From the NCBI GenBank assembly GCA_965215515.1, contig OZ244057.1:704001-768000 (forward strand): a DNA stretch of 64,000 bases. Reading direction: 5' to 3'. Of the stretch, positions 20,378 through 30,941 are shown one piece after another (positions within the stretch are counted from its first letter, which is position 1; every line of letters starts with the position of its first letter). The notes beneath the pieces were generated by a model, which searched no databases, was not told the DNA's origin, and saw nothing but the letters and a program-made list of their open reading frames with translations. The DNA comes from Oligoflexales bacterium. Its GTDB lineage: Bacteria; Bdellovibrionota_B; Oligoflexia; Oligoflexales; JAPPIL01. The position numbers and the translations under genes were made by a program.

Positions 20378-20907
20378 CGGTACACCCGCACTTCTCCGCC
20401 CTTCTCCCGCAACAACTGTGCCACCTCGCCGTCCTCGGTCGCACCGTACACAAAAATACCAAAACGATCGTCCGTCGTCGCCTCGCTATAAATCTGTCCC
20501 TGCAGATCAGGTATTTTGCCCAGCCACAACATCCCGATAATCGTGGCGATCGCACCTAACAAAATCGTCATTTCAAACCCAATCACCACATAGGCAGGCA
20601 ATGAATACACACCCGCAGTCTTGCCGCCCACCACCAGCGGCCAATCGTAATCAGTCAACAGACACAGAGCAAAACCCAAAGTTACCCCCAATAACGCCCC
20701 CGTCAAGGTGAACCACCGCACCCCGCTAGGCTTATAGCCTAACGCCACCTCCAACTCATGATAATAAGTCGGAGTGAAGACATCGAAACACGGCTCAGCA
20801 CGATCCGCCCGCAGCCGCGCGATAACCGCGAGGGTATCGTCGAGATAAGTGAACAAGGCATAGAGACCACGGCGCGGCGGCTTTTCTCGACTAAGCCTAG
20901 CTGGCAT
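20374..20907 (-). CDS. actD: Alternative complex III subunit ActD (DUF3341)
   Basis: DWPLVVGGK...PAYVVIGFEMTIL, TTDDRFGI. Lies between actC and actE. Confidence 0.88.
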   Translation of the reverse strand: MPARLSREKPPRRGLYALFTYLDDTLAVIARLRADRAEPCFDVFTPTYYHELEVALGYKPSGVRWFTLTGALLGVTLGFALCLLTDYDWPLVVGGKTAGVYSLPAYVVIGFEMTILLGAIATIIGMLWLGKIPDLQGQIYSEATTDDRFGIFVYGATEDGEVAQLLREKGGEVRVYR

Positions 20908-22252
20908 CTGTGTCTCCCGACTTGCCGCGCCAGGGTGGGGGCATGATCAGCTTCAATTCCGATAACGACACGATAGGAAAGTAACGACAGAAAATTAAAA
21001 ACCAAAAGAAAAACCAGCCAAAACTGCCCAGAGTAATAATTATCTCAGTCCACGATGGCTGGTAATGCCCCCACGAACCAGGAATGAAATCCTCGACAAG
21101 GCTGGAGACAATGATGTTGTAACGTTCAAACCACATACCGACGTTAATCAGCAAACAAATAACAAATGCAGTCGGTACATGGGCTCGAGCGCGCTTCGCC
21201 CACAAGGCCAGCGGAAAAATACAATTACACAACACCATTACCCAAAAATAAAACGCATACGGCCCCTGCAAACGCTTAGCGAAAATTTCCTGTTCGTAGA
21301 TGTTCCCGCTATACCAGGCGATAAAAAATTCTATGGCATACGCATAAAAAACAATCGTGGAAGTTAACAGAGTAAGCTTCAGCAGGGCATCGAGATGGCT
21401 GACACGAATAAACTCTTGCAAGTTAAACATCCAGCGCACAGGGACAAGCAAGGTATAAACCATAGCACAACCCGACAGGATAGCCCCCGCGACAAAGTAG
21501 GGCGGAAAGATCGTCGTATGCCAGCCTGGCTGAATGGACATGGCAAAATCCCACGACACTACACTGTGCACCGACAGCACCAGCGGCGTGGCCAGAGCCG
21601 CAAGGAAGCCATAGCCCGTCTCGTAATGATGCCACTGCCGTGCCGTGCCTCGCCAGCCAAACGACAACAGCCCGTAGACGAGCCGCTTGAAGCCGCGGAC
21701 ACGATCGCGCAACGAAGCTAAATCAGGCACCATGCCCATGTACCAGAACAACAGCGAGACGATAAGATACGTAGAAATGGCGAAGACATCCCAGATCAAC
21801 GGCGAGCGAAAATTAATCCAGAGATTGTTAGTGTTAGGTAACGGCAACATCCAGTAGGCCGCCACCCACACTCGTCCGACATGAATGAGCGGGAACAAAC
21901 CCGCGCACATCACGGCAAAAATCGTCATCGCTTCAGCACTGCGGTTAACACTGTTACGCCACCGCGCACGGAACAAAAACAAAATCGCCGAAATCAGCGT
22001 CCCCGCATGCCCAATCCCAACCCAGAAAACAAAGTTGGTGATATACACACCCCAGTAAACAGGACTGTTCAAGCCTGCTAAGCCGATACCGTAAATAATC
22101 TGCAACGCCCAGAACAACACCCCTAACCCTACACAGGCAAGCGCACAGAACAGCGCTACGTAAAAAACGGGGTGCGGACGCTTGGTATTGACAAGAATAC
22201 CGTCGTTGACATCCGAGACGGTGCGTTTCCAGTCCGCCTCAGCCGTGCTCAT
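20897..22252 (-). CDS. actC: Alternative complex III subunit ActC (NrfD/PsrC quinol-binding subunit)
   Basis: WGVYITNFVFWVGIGHAGTLISAIL, NFRSPLIWDVFAISTY, LATPLVLSVHSVVSWDFA, PGWHTTIFPPYFVAGAI. Confidence 0.93.
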   Translation of the reverse strand: MSTAEADWKRTVSDVNDGILVNTKRPHPVFYVALFCALACVGLGVLFWALQIIYGIGLAGLNSPVYWGVYITNFVFWVGIGHAGTLISAILFLFRARWRNSVNRSAEAMTIFAVMCAGLFPLIHVGRVWVAAYWMLPLPNTNNLWINFRSPLIWDVFAISTYLIVSLLFWYMGMVPDLASLRDRVRGFKRLVYGLLSFGWRGTARQWHHYETGYGFLAALATPLVLSVHSVVSWDFAMSIQPGWHTTIFPPYFVAGAILSGCAMVYTLLVPVRWMFNLQEFIRVSHLDALLKLTLLTSTIVFYAYAIEFFIAWYSGNIYEQEIFAKRLQGPYAFYFWVMVLCNCIFPLALWAKRARAHVPTAFVICLLINVGMWFERYNIIVSSLVEDFIPGSWGHYQPSWTEIIITLGSFGWFFFWFLIFCRYFPIVSLSELKLIMPPPWRGKSGDTDAS

Positions 22253-25247
22253 CGCTACCTTCCTGCCGCCAGGTGACATCGGCTAAATAACTGACGTTAG
22301 GCAACGTCTTCAAACCGTACTCCTTGAGGTCGGGGTAGCCGCCGAGGGCCAGATAAGCGCGATAGTCACGCCGTTGTCGAGCAACCTCGCTGTCCTTATC
22401 TTTGAGATCGCCAAAGGTAATGGCATCGGCAGGACAAGTTTCCTGGCAGGCAGTTTTAATTTCCTCCCTTTGCACCGCCCTACCTGCCATCTTCGCCTGA
22501 TGTTTGCCCGCTTGAACGCGCTGGTAACAAAAATTGCATTTCTCCATCACGCCACGCGTGCGCACCGTTACGTCAGGGTTCAGGGCACGGGGGTTACGGT
22601 GGTGATCCTTAGCGTCGATAACATTCCACTTGTGTGTCCACCAATTGAAACGCCGTACCTTGTAAGGACAGGCATTAGCACAGTAACGAGTGCCGACACA
22701 ACGATTGTAGGTCATGGCATTGATGCCTTCCGCATCATGGGTCGTGGCATAGACAGGACAGACCGCCTCGCACGGTGCATGATTGCACTGTTGGCACAAC
22801 ATCGGCTGCAACGTTACCCGCGGATTGGCAGGATCGCCGCTGAAATAGCGATCGAGCCGTATCCAGTGCATCTCCCGCCCCATCGCCACTTGCTTGCGCC
22901 CTACCTGCGGCACGTTGTTCTCCTGCGCACAGGCGACCATGCAAGCCGAACAGCCGATACACTTGTGCAAATCGATACTCATGCCCCAGCGATGCTCGCC
23001 CTCAGGCAATTGCGGGTAAAGATCAGGTACTGCATCGAGATCACGCACCTTGCTCTTATGCTGCTGCAACTGTGTGAGGCTGACACTTTTCACAATGTCA
23101 CCGCGCCGTCCGAGTTTATTTTCCTTTTGCATAGCCGCTAAACGATGTGTCTTCCCCGTGCGTGTCAGAGTCACGGGCACACCTGCGGTCAGAGGCAGGC
23201 CGTCCGCCAGTGTACAGGCAAGCAGAGGGTTGCTCCCGATACCGTCGGTGACTTTGCTGAGACCAGACGGGTGTCCGTTACCACGCGGCACGACGACAGC
23301 TCGATCATGCAAACCAGGCAGGGGGAACAAGGCGGCGGTGAACGTGCCCGTGCCGCTTTTCACCTGCACGATATCGTTGCGTCGTAACCCCAGCCGTGCC
23401 GCGGTCTCAACACTCAACGCGACCCAGGTATCCCAAGCGATAGTGGTCAGACTGTCACCTACCTCTTGCAACACAGGTAGATGCGCACCGCGTCCATCAT
23501 GCAGACGGTTGTCGAGCGGTGCGATCAGTTGTAACCCTGTGGGAACAGGTTGCACCTCGATCGCGAAAGGACGCAACTCACGCCGTACCTGTCTGGTTTG
23601 GTGAGTGAATGTGCCGCGTTTGAGTGTCGTATGATAAAACTCAGCAAAATCTACGCGGCTGCCCTGCAGATCGTGCCACGCTCGCCACCGTTGTCGTAGG
23701 TAGGAACGATAATCGGCGTAGGGCAGCGGCTTGCCACGCATCGCCAGTAACCACAGCAGCACATCTTCTGCTTGGCGGCTGTCGGTGAGCGGTCGCACGA
23801 CAGGCTGCTGCGTTGTCCAAGCACCCGCATGGGTTTGAGCATCGCCCCAGGCTTCGAGAAAATGATGCACAGGCAAGACATGCGTAGCATGCGTGTCAGT
23901 AGCGACGGGAAACGCTTGCATCGAGATGACGTGCTTGATGTTTTTTATCTTCTCGGCCCAGCCAAACGAAGGAGGTAGAGTGAAAAGCGGATCGCTGCCG
24001 ATGATGAACAGCACCTCGAGTTGCGCCGCGTCGCGGGAGAAACGTTGCAGATCACCGTTGCCGACGGGTGGCACCTGCCAGCCACGTTGTACGTCGAGCA
24101 CTTTCTCGTAAGCACCGCACAGGATATTGATGGCGATAGCAACCTGCTGTAGGGCGAGGGCATTGGTATCGAAATTGTGGCTGCCACCGCACAAGACTAC
24201 GGAAGGCGCGCGTACCAACTGTGCCGCGAGTGCGTCGATGTGCTGCTGCAGAGTTGTGTCGAGTTTGACTTGGCGTTGTCGCAGTAGTGCGGCGATGTGC
24301 TGGCGTTCAGCCGCTCCCCCCTGTCCCTGTGGGTGGCGATAGAGAGCTTGCGCAAGCGCAAAAGCCACATCGATCTCTGTACCAGGGGCGATAACGATAC
24401 GTTCGTCGGCACGTGCCCCCGTCAGGCTCAAGGTTGCCTCCAACTGCACCAGCTGTGCAGGACGGGGACGGTTAAGAGCACGGGCAGCACTGAAATTTTT
24501 GGCGTAAGCGACCCGAGCTAACCCCTGATCGAGAAAATCACTGCCGATACCGACGACCAAAGCCGCTTGCTTGAAATCACAGTGAGGGATGACGTAGCGT
24601 CCAAAGGCTCGCTCATGAGCGTTGGCGACGTGCGTGTAGAGAAGATTCGGCTCGTAGCGGTAGAGGTTAGTCTTTGGTGCTGCAAGCTGTTGCAAAAATT
24701 CCTGCAAAAATTCCGTGCGATGCCCCGTCGAGCCGCCAGTAAAAATACCGATTTTACTGGTATCGAGACGGGCACTGAGATGCAGATAAGCATCATCCCA
24801 ACTGACCGTCGTCAGTTGCCCGTTACGGCGAATGCTCGGCTGCGAGCGGCGTTCAGGATGATATAACCCCTGCAAAGCAGCCTGCCCCAGAGGACACGAT
24901 GCTCCTCCCGTCGCCTGATGCGCGGGGTTGCCCTCAATCTTGACAGGGCGACCCTCGCGAGTCTTAACCCTGAGGCCACAGCCTGCAGCACAACCTGCAC
25001 AGGTAGTAGCGTAGTGTATCGCCACGCCAGGTACCTGATCGACGGGCTGATCGACATAAGGGATAGCATGCTCCGCAGGGCGACGCACGCACGAGGAAGA
25101 AGCAAGTGCCACGCCAGCACTGAAGTACTTGAGAAAATCGCGGCGGCCGAAGGTGGCTTGCTCATCCTTCGCCGCGGCAGGTAACGCAGCCACATCGGTG
25201 CACACATCGTCAGCAAGCGAGTAGTGTTGGTCTTGCGACACTTTCAT
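22239..25247 (-). CDS. actB: Alternative complex III subunit ActB (molybdopterin-oxidoreductase-like + Fe-S domain)
   Basis: Tat motif RRDFLK, REGRPVKIEGNP, CIGCSACMVAC, CQQCNHAPCEAVCP, CVGTRYCANACPYKVRRFN, RGVMEKCNFC. Confidence 0.93.
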   Translation of the reverse strand: MKVSQDQHYSLADDVCTDVAALPAAAKDEQATFGRRDFLKYFSAGVALASSSCVRRPAEHAIPYVDQPVDQVPGVAIHYATTCAGCAAGCGLRVKTREGRPVKIEGNPAHQATGGASCPLGQAALQGLYHPERRSQPSIRRNGQLTTVSWDDAYLHLSARLDTSKIGIFTGGSTGHRTEFLQEFLQQLAAPKTNLYRYEPNLLYTHVANAHERAFGRYVIPHCDFKQAALVVGIGSDFLDQGLARVAYAKNFSAARALNRPRPAQLVQLEATLSLTGARADERIVIAPGTEIDVAFALAQALYRHPQGQGGAAERQHIAALLRQRQVKLDTTLQQHIDALAAQLVRAPSVVLCGGSHNFDTNALALQQVAIAINILCGAYEKVLDVQRGWQVPPVGNGDLQRFSRDAAQLEVLFIIGSDPLFTLPPSFGWAEKIKNIKHVISMQAFPVATDTHATHVLPVHHFLEAWGDAQTHAGAWTTQQPVVRPLTDSRQAEDVLLWLLAMRGKPLPYADYRSYLRQRWRAWHDLQGSRVDFAEFYHTTLKRGTFTHQTRQVRRELRPFAIEVQPVPTGLQLIAPLDNRLHDGRGAHLPVLQEVGDSLTTIAWDTWVALSVETAARLGLRRNDIVQVKSGTGTFTAALFPLPGLHDRAVVVPRGNGHPSGLSKVTDGIGSNPLLACTLADGLPLTAGVPVTLTRTGKTHRLAAMQKENKLGRRGDIVKSVSLTQLQQHKSKVRDLDAVPDLYPQLPEGEHRWGMSIDLHKCIGCSACMVACAQENNVPQVGRKQVAMGREMHWIRLDRYFSGDPANPRVTLQPMLCQQCNHAPCEAVCPVYATTHDAEGINAMTYNRCVGTRYCANACPYKVRRFNWWTHKWNVIDAKDHHRNPRALNPDVTVRTRGVMEKCNFCYQRVQAGKHQAKMAGRAVQREEIKTACQETCPADAITFGDLKDKDSEVARQRRDYRAYLALGGYPDLKEYGLKTLPNVSYLADVTWRQEGSDEHG

Positions 25248-25250
25248 CCC

Positions 25251-25787
25251 CTAGTAGTGACAGGCCAAGCAGGCGATACTCGCCTTTTTTTGACGATGGC
25301 AATCGATGCACCAGCCCATCTGCAAAGGTGCTTTTTGCACCGCCACACTCATTTTTTCAACCTCACCGTGACATTCCTGACAAGTTATCTTCGCCAACAC
25401 ATGTACCTGATGCGAAAAACGCACAAAATCTGGCAAGTCATGCACCTTCGTCCACTTGATGGGCTGATTAGCCTTGTAACGCGCCGCGATGAACTTAATG
25501 GGATCTTTGGCGGTAGCGACGAATTTATGACAACCCATGCAGGTGTTAAGCGGCGGAATCCCCGCCACAGACGACCGCCGTGCCGCAGCGTGGCAATACT
25601 CACACGGTATCTTATGTCCACGCTCTTCACCCACATGCAGGTTGTGACTGAAAGGAACTGGCTGCTCAGGCTTATGCCCGACATTATCAACCGTATCGCC
25701 AGGTGTCCACAACCACCAAGCCGCGGCAACCTCGGCGAACAACAACGCAACAACGATGAACGACAGACAACGCAACGTCAACGACAA
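25251..25787 (-). CDS. actA: Alternative complex III subunit ActA (pentaheme cytochrome c)
   Basis: Five CxxCH motifs (CEYCH, CMGCH, CQECH, CIDCH, CLACH), PEQPVPFSH, LPDFVRFSH. Confidence 0.93.
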   Translation of the reverse strand: MSLTLRCLSFIVVALLFAEVAAAWWLWTPGDTVDNVGHKPEQPVPFSHNLHVGEERGHKIPCEYCHAAARRSSVAGIPPLNTCMGCHKFVATAKDPIKFIAARYKANQPIKWTKVHDLPDFVRFSHQVHVLAKITCQECHGEVEKMSVAVQKAPLQMGWCIDCHRQKKASIACLACHY

Positions 25788-25960
25788 ACGCTTCTAACTT
25801 TGAACGGCAGACTCTACTAGCTTGTGCGCTGTCTTTCAACCATTTAATCTGACCAGGGACGAGGAAGGATTGCGGGAGGGAGAAGCGGAGCAGCGGTTTC
25901 AATGCACGCTCCCTTTTGCTATATTGCGCGGGAATTGAGACAGCAAACTGAGAGGTTAAA

Positions 25961-27052
25961 ATGATCATCGGTGTTCCTCGTGAAACGAAAGCCTATGAAC
26001 ATCGGGTGGCAATGGTGCCAGGGGGAGTAGCAGCCCTAGTCAAGGGCGGACATCAGGTACTGGTCGAGAAAAACGCAGGACTCGCCTCAGGCATGAATGA
26101 TGCACACTACGCCGAGGCAGGGGCAGAAATCGTGATGGACACAACCACACTCTGGCAACGGGCGGAAATGATCGTGAAGGTCAAAGAGCCACTCATGCCC
26201 GAATACTCACGGTTGCAAGAAGGGCAGCTTCTATTCACCTTCCTGCACCTCTCGGCTGAACCAAAATTAACCGAAGTGCTGCTACAAAAACGCGTCGATG
26301 CGATCGCCTACGAGACGATTGAACTTGACGATGGCTCGTTGCCCTTGCTGATCCCGATGAGTGAAGTTGCGGGGCGTATGGCGGTGCAGCTCGGTGCCCG
26401 TCTGCTGGAAAAAGGTAGCGGAGGCAAAGGTATCATGATCAGCGGAGTCCCAGGCGTGCCACGTGGACGAGTCAGCGTTATCGGGGGCGGCACTGCTGGC
26501 AGCAACGCGATCAAGATCGCGATCGGCATGGGAGCACAAGTCACTGTACTGGATATCGACCAACGCCGCTTAGCAAGTTTTGATGACACCTACGGCAATA
26601 ACGTCAACACGCTAATTTCTAACCCAGATAACATCGCCTCCGCCGTGCGTGGATGTGATTTGCTGATCGGTGCAGTGCTGCTCACGGGGGCGAAAGCACC
26701 GCAGCTTGTCACCGCCGCAATGGTCACGACAATGGAACAAGGCTCGGTAGTAGTCGATGTCGCTATCGATCAAGGTGGCTGTATCGAAACTTCCCGCCCG
26801 ACTTCACACGCGCAGCCAAGCTTCAGCCATCACGGAATTTTGCACTGTGCCATCACCAACATGCCTGGCATCGTGCCGCGCACGAGTACCTACGCGATCA
26901 CCAACGTTACCTTTAGTTACATACAGATGTTGGCCGACCTGGGACTGGAGGCAGCGCTGCGCCACAGTGCACCCTTGCGCAAAGGGTTGAACACGACACG
27001 CGGCAAAATAGTGCACCGCGCCGTCGCGGCCTCGTTCCGAGACGGTGTTTAG
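25961..27052 (+). CDS. ald: Alanine dehydrogenase
   Basis: MIIGVPRETK..EHRV, VKVKEP, FTFLHL, LPLLIPMSEVAGR, VDVAIDQGGCIETS, NMPG. Confidence 0.96.
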   Translation: MIIGVPRETKAYEHRVAMVPGGVAALVKGGHQVLVEKNAGLASGMNDAHYAEAGAEIVMDTTTLWQRAEMIVKVKEPLMPEYSRLQEGQLLFTFLHLSAEPKLTEVLLQKRVDAIAYETIELDDGSLPLLIPMSEVAGRMAVQLGARLLEKGSGGKGIMISGVPGVPRGRVSVIGGGTAGSNAIKIAIGMGAQVTVLDIDQRRLASFDDTYGNNVNTLISNPDNIASAVRGCDLLIGAVLLTGAKAPQLVTAAMVTTMEQGSVVVDVAIDQGGCIETSRPTSHAQPSFSHHGILHCAITNMPGIVPRTSTYAITNVTFSYIQMLADLGLEAALRHSAPLRKGLNTTRGKIVHRAVAASFRDGV

Positions 27053-28752
27053 GCCGCGGTATCGCGCGGCGGACGGGCGATATTCTGCAACTCTTGCCAC
27101 CATGTCGCGTTGGCATCGATCCCGTGCGCTGTTGCGGCTTCGCACAATTCCTGAGCCAGCAACCACTGTTCGGGATATGAGGCAATGACCTGTGCGGCAC
27201 TGCTCGCCAACACCTGCGGATCGGGGGCCGACTGGCGACGTAAATCCCGCACCGTCTCGTAAAGGGCGAACAACTTACGTTCACGAGACGAAAATTCTGC
27301 GGTGGGGTGAGGACAACTAGAGGCCTTGCCGATACTGTAAGAACCGAAAGCCTCACGATCGGCGGGGCCGCCAAACACCGACACCACCGCCGTACCGATC
27401 GGCAGATCGAACTCTTCGTCAGTCGCAACCTGTAAGACACGCTCCCCACGGGTGATTGTGCAATCCGCCCAGGTGATGTAAAGCAAACGCCCTTCCTGTC
27501 GATACCAGCGCAGCACTACGCCCGCTACTGCACAACCTCCTGTCAGCGATAGTCGTGCCCGATGCCCGACACGCACGCCGATGCGTTGCAAATCGCTGTT
27601 ACTCAGCAACCATGGCGGTTTGTCGGGCAAAGCACTGCATCGTCCCAGCAGAATACGACAACCGTGCTTGTGCCGCGCACTGCCTTGTGCGGTCAGCTGT
27701 CGCTGTGCCACGCTGAATTGACAACGTCCTCGCAAACGCACAAAGCTCAGGTCACCCTTGTCGTCGCGGCCGAAATGCGTCAAACGTCCCGAAATTTGCA
27801 AACCAGAATCGAGCTGGCAGGTGTTGACGGTGCGAGATTTTTTGGCTCGCTGTAGACCTTCCAGCCCGCCGAGCTTGTAGGACATGTTTTTTTCAACTTC
27901 AGATAGGGTGTGATGCAGATCAGCAAAATCACGTGCCACGAAGAGTTGTGGTTGGGGCTCGGTAATATCATAAGCTGTTTCCACCGCATCCTTTGACAAG
28001 TAAACTTTATGCACGTTGTCGTGCAGGCAACTTCTGCTCTCCATCACCGACGACAATAACCCCGCCCCATACAAACGCGGGGAAGATAACGAACCGACTA
28101 GCCCGTACTCTGCCGTCCACCAGTAGAGACGAGCAACCTTCCCCGCTTCAGAAACTTCGGTTTTCTCTGCCGTCACACGATCGAGACGTGCTTGTGCCGC
28201 GGCGACCATCGCCGCGCTGATGCCTCGCATTTCTTTGATGTCCGACAGATAACGGATGGCTTCGTAGAGACGAATGTCGTGGTCGGAAAAAATTGCCTTC
28301 TGTGCCAACTCCGCGTAGCGAGTCAAATACGCGGCGTAATCGGGGTCGGCGATGATCGGCGCATGTCCCGCCGCCTCGTGAATAATATCGGGGGCAGGGG
28401 TGTAGGAAAGATGCGCAAACCTCCGAATGTCGACAGCAATCGGCAACACCCGCCGTGCCTGAAATTCCAAGAAAATAATCGGCGGAATGAAACCCTCCAC
28501 CGCCGCCGCGCCCCAGCCGAACGCGGCCAGCGCCTCATCCATGTCTTCCAGACGCGGGATTTCTTCCAACGAGATGCCTGTCTTACGCAAACCTTCACGA
28601 TAAACAGGTACCGCATGACGGCTGAGGAATGCTACCAGCTGTCGTAAGGCATAACGCCACACCGCCTGATCTTGTGCGGTATAACGCTCGTAGTACTGCA
28701 CCGCGCAGTAGTTTTGCAGAAATTGCGGTAGCCTGTTGTAAGTTTCGATCAC
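27049..28752 (-). CDS. phhA: Aromatic amino acid hydroxylase (long-form phenylalanine 4-monooxygenase)
   Basis: YTPAPDIIHEAAGHAP, WWTAEYGL, YGAGLLSS, YDITEPQPQLFV, plus a long C-terminal extension. Downstream of hppD. Confidence 0.88.
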   Translation of the reverse strand: MIETYNRLPQFLQNYCAVQYYERYTAQDQAVWRYALRQLVAFLSRHAVPVYREGLRKTGISLEEIPRLEDMDEALAAFGWGAAAVEGFIPPIIFLEFQARRVLPIAVDIRRFAHLSYTPAPDIIHEAAGHAPIIADPDYAAYLTRYAELAQKAIFSDHDIRLYEAIRYLSDIKEMRGISAAMVAAAQARLDRVTAEKTEVSEAGKVARLYWWTAEYGLVGSLSSPRLYGAGLLSSVMESRSCLHDNVHKVYLSKDAVETAYDITEPQPQLFVARDFADLHHTLSEVEKNMSYKLGGLEGLQRAKKSRTVNTCQLDSGLQISGRLTHFGRDDKGDLSFVRLRGRCQFSVAQRQLTAQGSARHKHGCRILLGRCSALPDKPPWLLSNSDLQRIGVRVGHRARLSLTGGCAVAGVVLRWYRQEGRLLYITWADCTITRGERVLQVATDEEFDLPIGTAVVSVFGGPADREAFGSYSIGKASSCPHPTAEFSSRERKLFALYETVRDLRRQSAPDPQVLASSAAQVIASYPEQWLLAQELCEAATAHGIDANATWWQELQNIARPPRDTAA

Positions 28753-28774
28753 GGCTCTATGCCCCTACGGTTGT

Positions 28775-29812
28775 TCAAGCGAGAAAACCTCGTTTCTTCT
28801 GATCGAGCTCGATGGCACGGAATAGTGCCCCGAAATTGCCTTCCCCGAAAGAAGAGTTGTTTTCCCGCTGAATAATCTCAAAAAATATCGGGCCGATAAC
28901 ATTCTTGGTAAAGATTTGTAGTAGGTAACCCTTGCCATCACCATCGACCAGAACGTTGAATTTTTTGATCTCGGCATGATCTTCACGCACGTTGGGCACG
29001 CGTGTAAATACATCGTCATAGTACTCAGGATACATTTCCAGCATCTCGATCGCAGAACCCCGTAACTTGCGCAATGTGTCGAGGATGTCTGCGGTCAACA
29101 GAGCGATATGCTGCACCCCTTCGCCTCTGTACTCCTGGAGAAATTCGTTGATCTGTGATTTTTCCTCCGTGCCTTCGTTGATAGGGATGCAGAACTTGCC
29201 GCACGGTGAACGCATGGCAAAGGACTTCAGACCCGTCTGTTCGCCACGAATATCAAAGTACCTGATCTCGCTGAAGCCGAAGATACGTTGGTAAAAGTCC
29301 GACCACTCCTGCAACTTGCCTTGATAGACGTTGTTGGTAAGATGGTCGATGCGCGTGAAACCAACATCGTCTAGTACCTTAGTGCTCTCTTCGTTTTCGA
29401 AACCGAGCCGCGCGTAGAGATTCTCGTCCTGATAGGCATCGATAAAATAGATCAAACTACCGCCGATACCTTCGATCGCGGGGACGGAGGTGTTGTCGAG
29501 GAGATAGTCGCTGCTCATCTGACGTGCGCCGTTTTTGAGTGCTGCGACCATAGCTTCGTATGCGTTCTTCACCCGCCAGCCCATGGCACTGACCCCCGCA
29601 CCATGCAAATCATAAAAGGAGCGTGCCATAGAATCATTCCTAGTGTTCAGCACAAAGCGCACCTTGTTCTGCTCGTACAGCCTGAGATCACGTCGGGCGT
29701 GTGACTTGGTATTGACCAGCCCCAGCTTGGTGAATAGGGAGGCGAGGTGGCTCGGTTGCGCGGCGGTAAACTCGATAAACTCGATACCATCGAGTCCTAC
29801 AGGATTGTGCAT
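28775..29812 (-). CDS. hppD: 4-hydroxyphenylpyruvate dioxygenase
   Basis: IDHLTNNV, CIPINE, GEGVQHIAL, LLQIFTKNVIGPIFFEIIQR, FGEGNFGALF. Confidence 0.96.
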   Translation of the reverse strand: MHNPVGLDGIEFIEFTAAQPSHLASLFTKLGLVNTKSHARRDLRLYEQNKVRFVLNTRNDSMARSFYDLHGAGVSAMGWRVKNAYEAMVAALKNGARQMSSDYLLDNTSVPAIEGIGGSLIYFIDAYQDENLYARLGFENEESTKVLDDVGFTRIDHLTNNVYQGKLQEWSDFYQRIFGFSEIRYFDIRGEQTGLKSFAMRSPCGKFCIPINEGTEEKSQINEFLQEYRGEGVQHIALLTADILDTLRKLRGSAIEMLEMYPEYYDDVFTRVPNVREDHAEIKKFNVLVDGDGKGYLLQIFTKNVIGPIFFEIIQRENNSSFGEGNFGALFRAIELDQKKRGFLA

Positions 29813-29840
29813 CGTCTTTAATCTCCCTCTGCAAAAATAC

Positions 29841-30941
29841 TCAACTCTGCCAACTGCGCCAGTAGTTTTTGTTTTCCATCTTCTCAGCATCCTCCGCCAC
29901 CTGCAAAGGGTGACGGCTATCGATCATCACGGCGATTTCGTCGGTATGTGTCAACGTGTGACTGCGTGCCAACGCCTGCGGTTGTGGCCCGTGTTGGATA
30001 CCTTGCGGATGCAGGGTCATCATTCCCGCCTCGATCCCCGCACGGCTGAAAAAATTACCTTTGTGATAAAAAAGCACCTCGTCATAGTCGATGTTGGAGT
30101 GAAAAAACGGCACTTTCAAGGCTTCAGGGTCGCCGTTTTCCAACGGACGAGGCAAGAAAGAACAGACGATAAACGCGGGAGCAACGAAGGTTGTATGCAC
30201 CGAAGGCGGAAGATGAGCACGATCGCAAGAGATCGGTCGAATGTCCCGCACGTTCAGCTGCCACACCGTCAACGTGCCGCGCCAGCCGATGGCATTGAGA
30301 GGGCAGTGGGGGTAAAAAATACTGCTCACTGCACCGCCTCGCTTTACCTTTATCTCGCACTCAGCGACTCCCGCGGGGGGTCGCATCGTCTCCAACTCTG
30401 GCACTCGCAACACGGCGGGATCGTACAACGCTTGTTGCCCGAGCAAACCGCGTTCAGGGAAACGCAGTTCGCCACGTGATTCGATGAGCAGAAAACACGA
30501 ACGCTGCTGTGGCAGGAGACGGTAGACTGTGCCGCGGGGGACAAGCAGATAATCCCCCGCCGTGTAGGTCAGTACCCCGAAGTCTGTCTCCAGCTTGCCA
30601 CCGCCTTCGTGCACAAAAAAAAGATCGTCACCGTCCGCGTTGCGAAAATAATAACGCATCTCCGTGCACAACACGACGAACTCAACACGCACATCGTCGT
30701 TAAACAGACACGCTCGCCGTGCCTGGACAAAATCCTCCCCGTCGCGCTGCTGACGCTTGCAGTCGAAGGCACGCGGCCGTAGGTCACCCTCTATCCTGCT
30801 CCAAGCCACAGGTGGTGCGGTGCGATAGAGATGGGTGTAGCGCCCATAAAAACCGTCGCGCCCGTACTCTTCTTCGTACAGACCCGCGGGAATACCGACA
30901 TGCGCCTGCCGTGCCGTCCGCCCCTTGCTGAAAACAATCAT
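29841..30941 (-). CDS. hmgA: Homogentisate 1,2-dioxygenase
   Basis: FRNADGD, HLPPSVHTTF, CSFLPR, VPFFHSNIDYDEVLFYH, TLHPQGIQHGP, EIAVMID. Confidence 0.93.
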   Translation of the reverse strand: MIVFSKGRTARQAHVGIPAGLYEEEYGRDGFYGRYTHLYRTAPPVAWSRIEGDLRPRAFDCKRQQRDGEDFVQARRACLFNDDVRVEFVVLCTEMRYYFRNADGDDLFFVHEGGGKLETDFGVLTYTAGDYLLVPRGTVYRLLPQQRSCFLLIESRGELRFPERGLLGQQALYDPAVLRVPELETMRPPAGVAECEIKVKRGGAVSSIFYPHCPLNAIGWRGTLTVWQLNVRDIRPISCDRAHLPPSVHTTFVAPAFIVCSFLPRPLENGDPEALKVPFFHSNIDYDEVLFYHKGNFFSRAGIEAGMMTLHPQGIQHGPQPQALARSHTLTHTDEIAVMIDSRHPLQVAEDAEKMENKNYWRSWQS

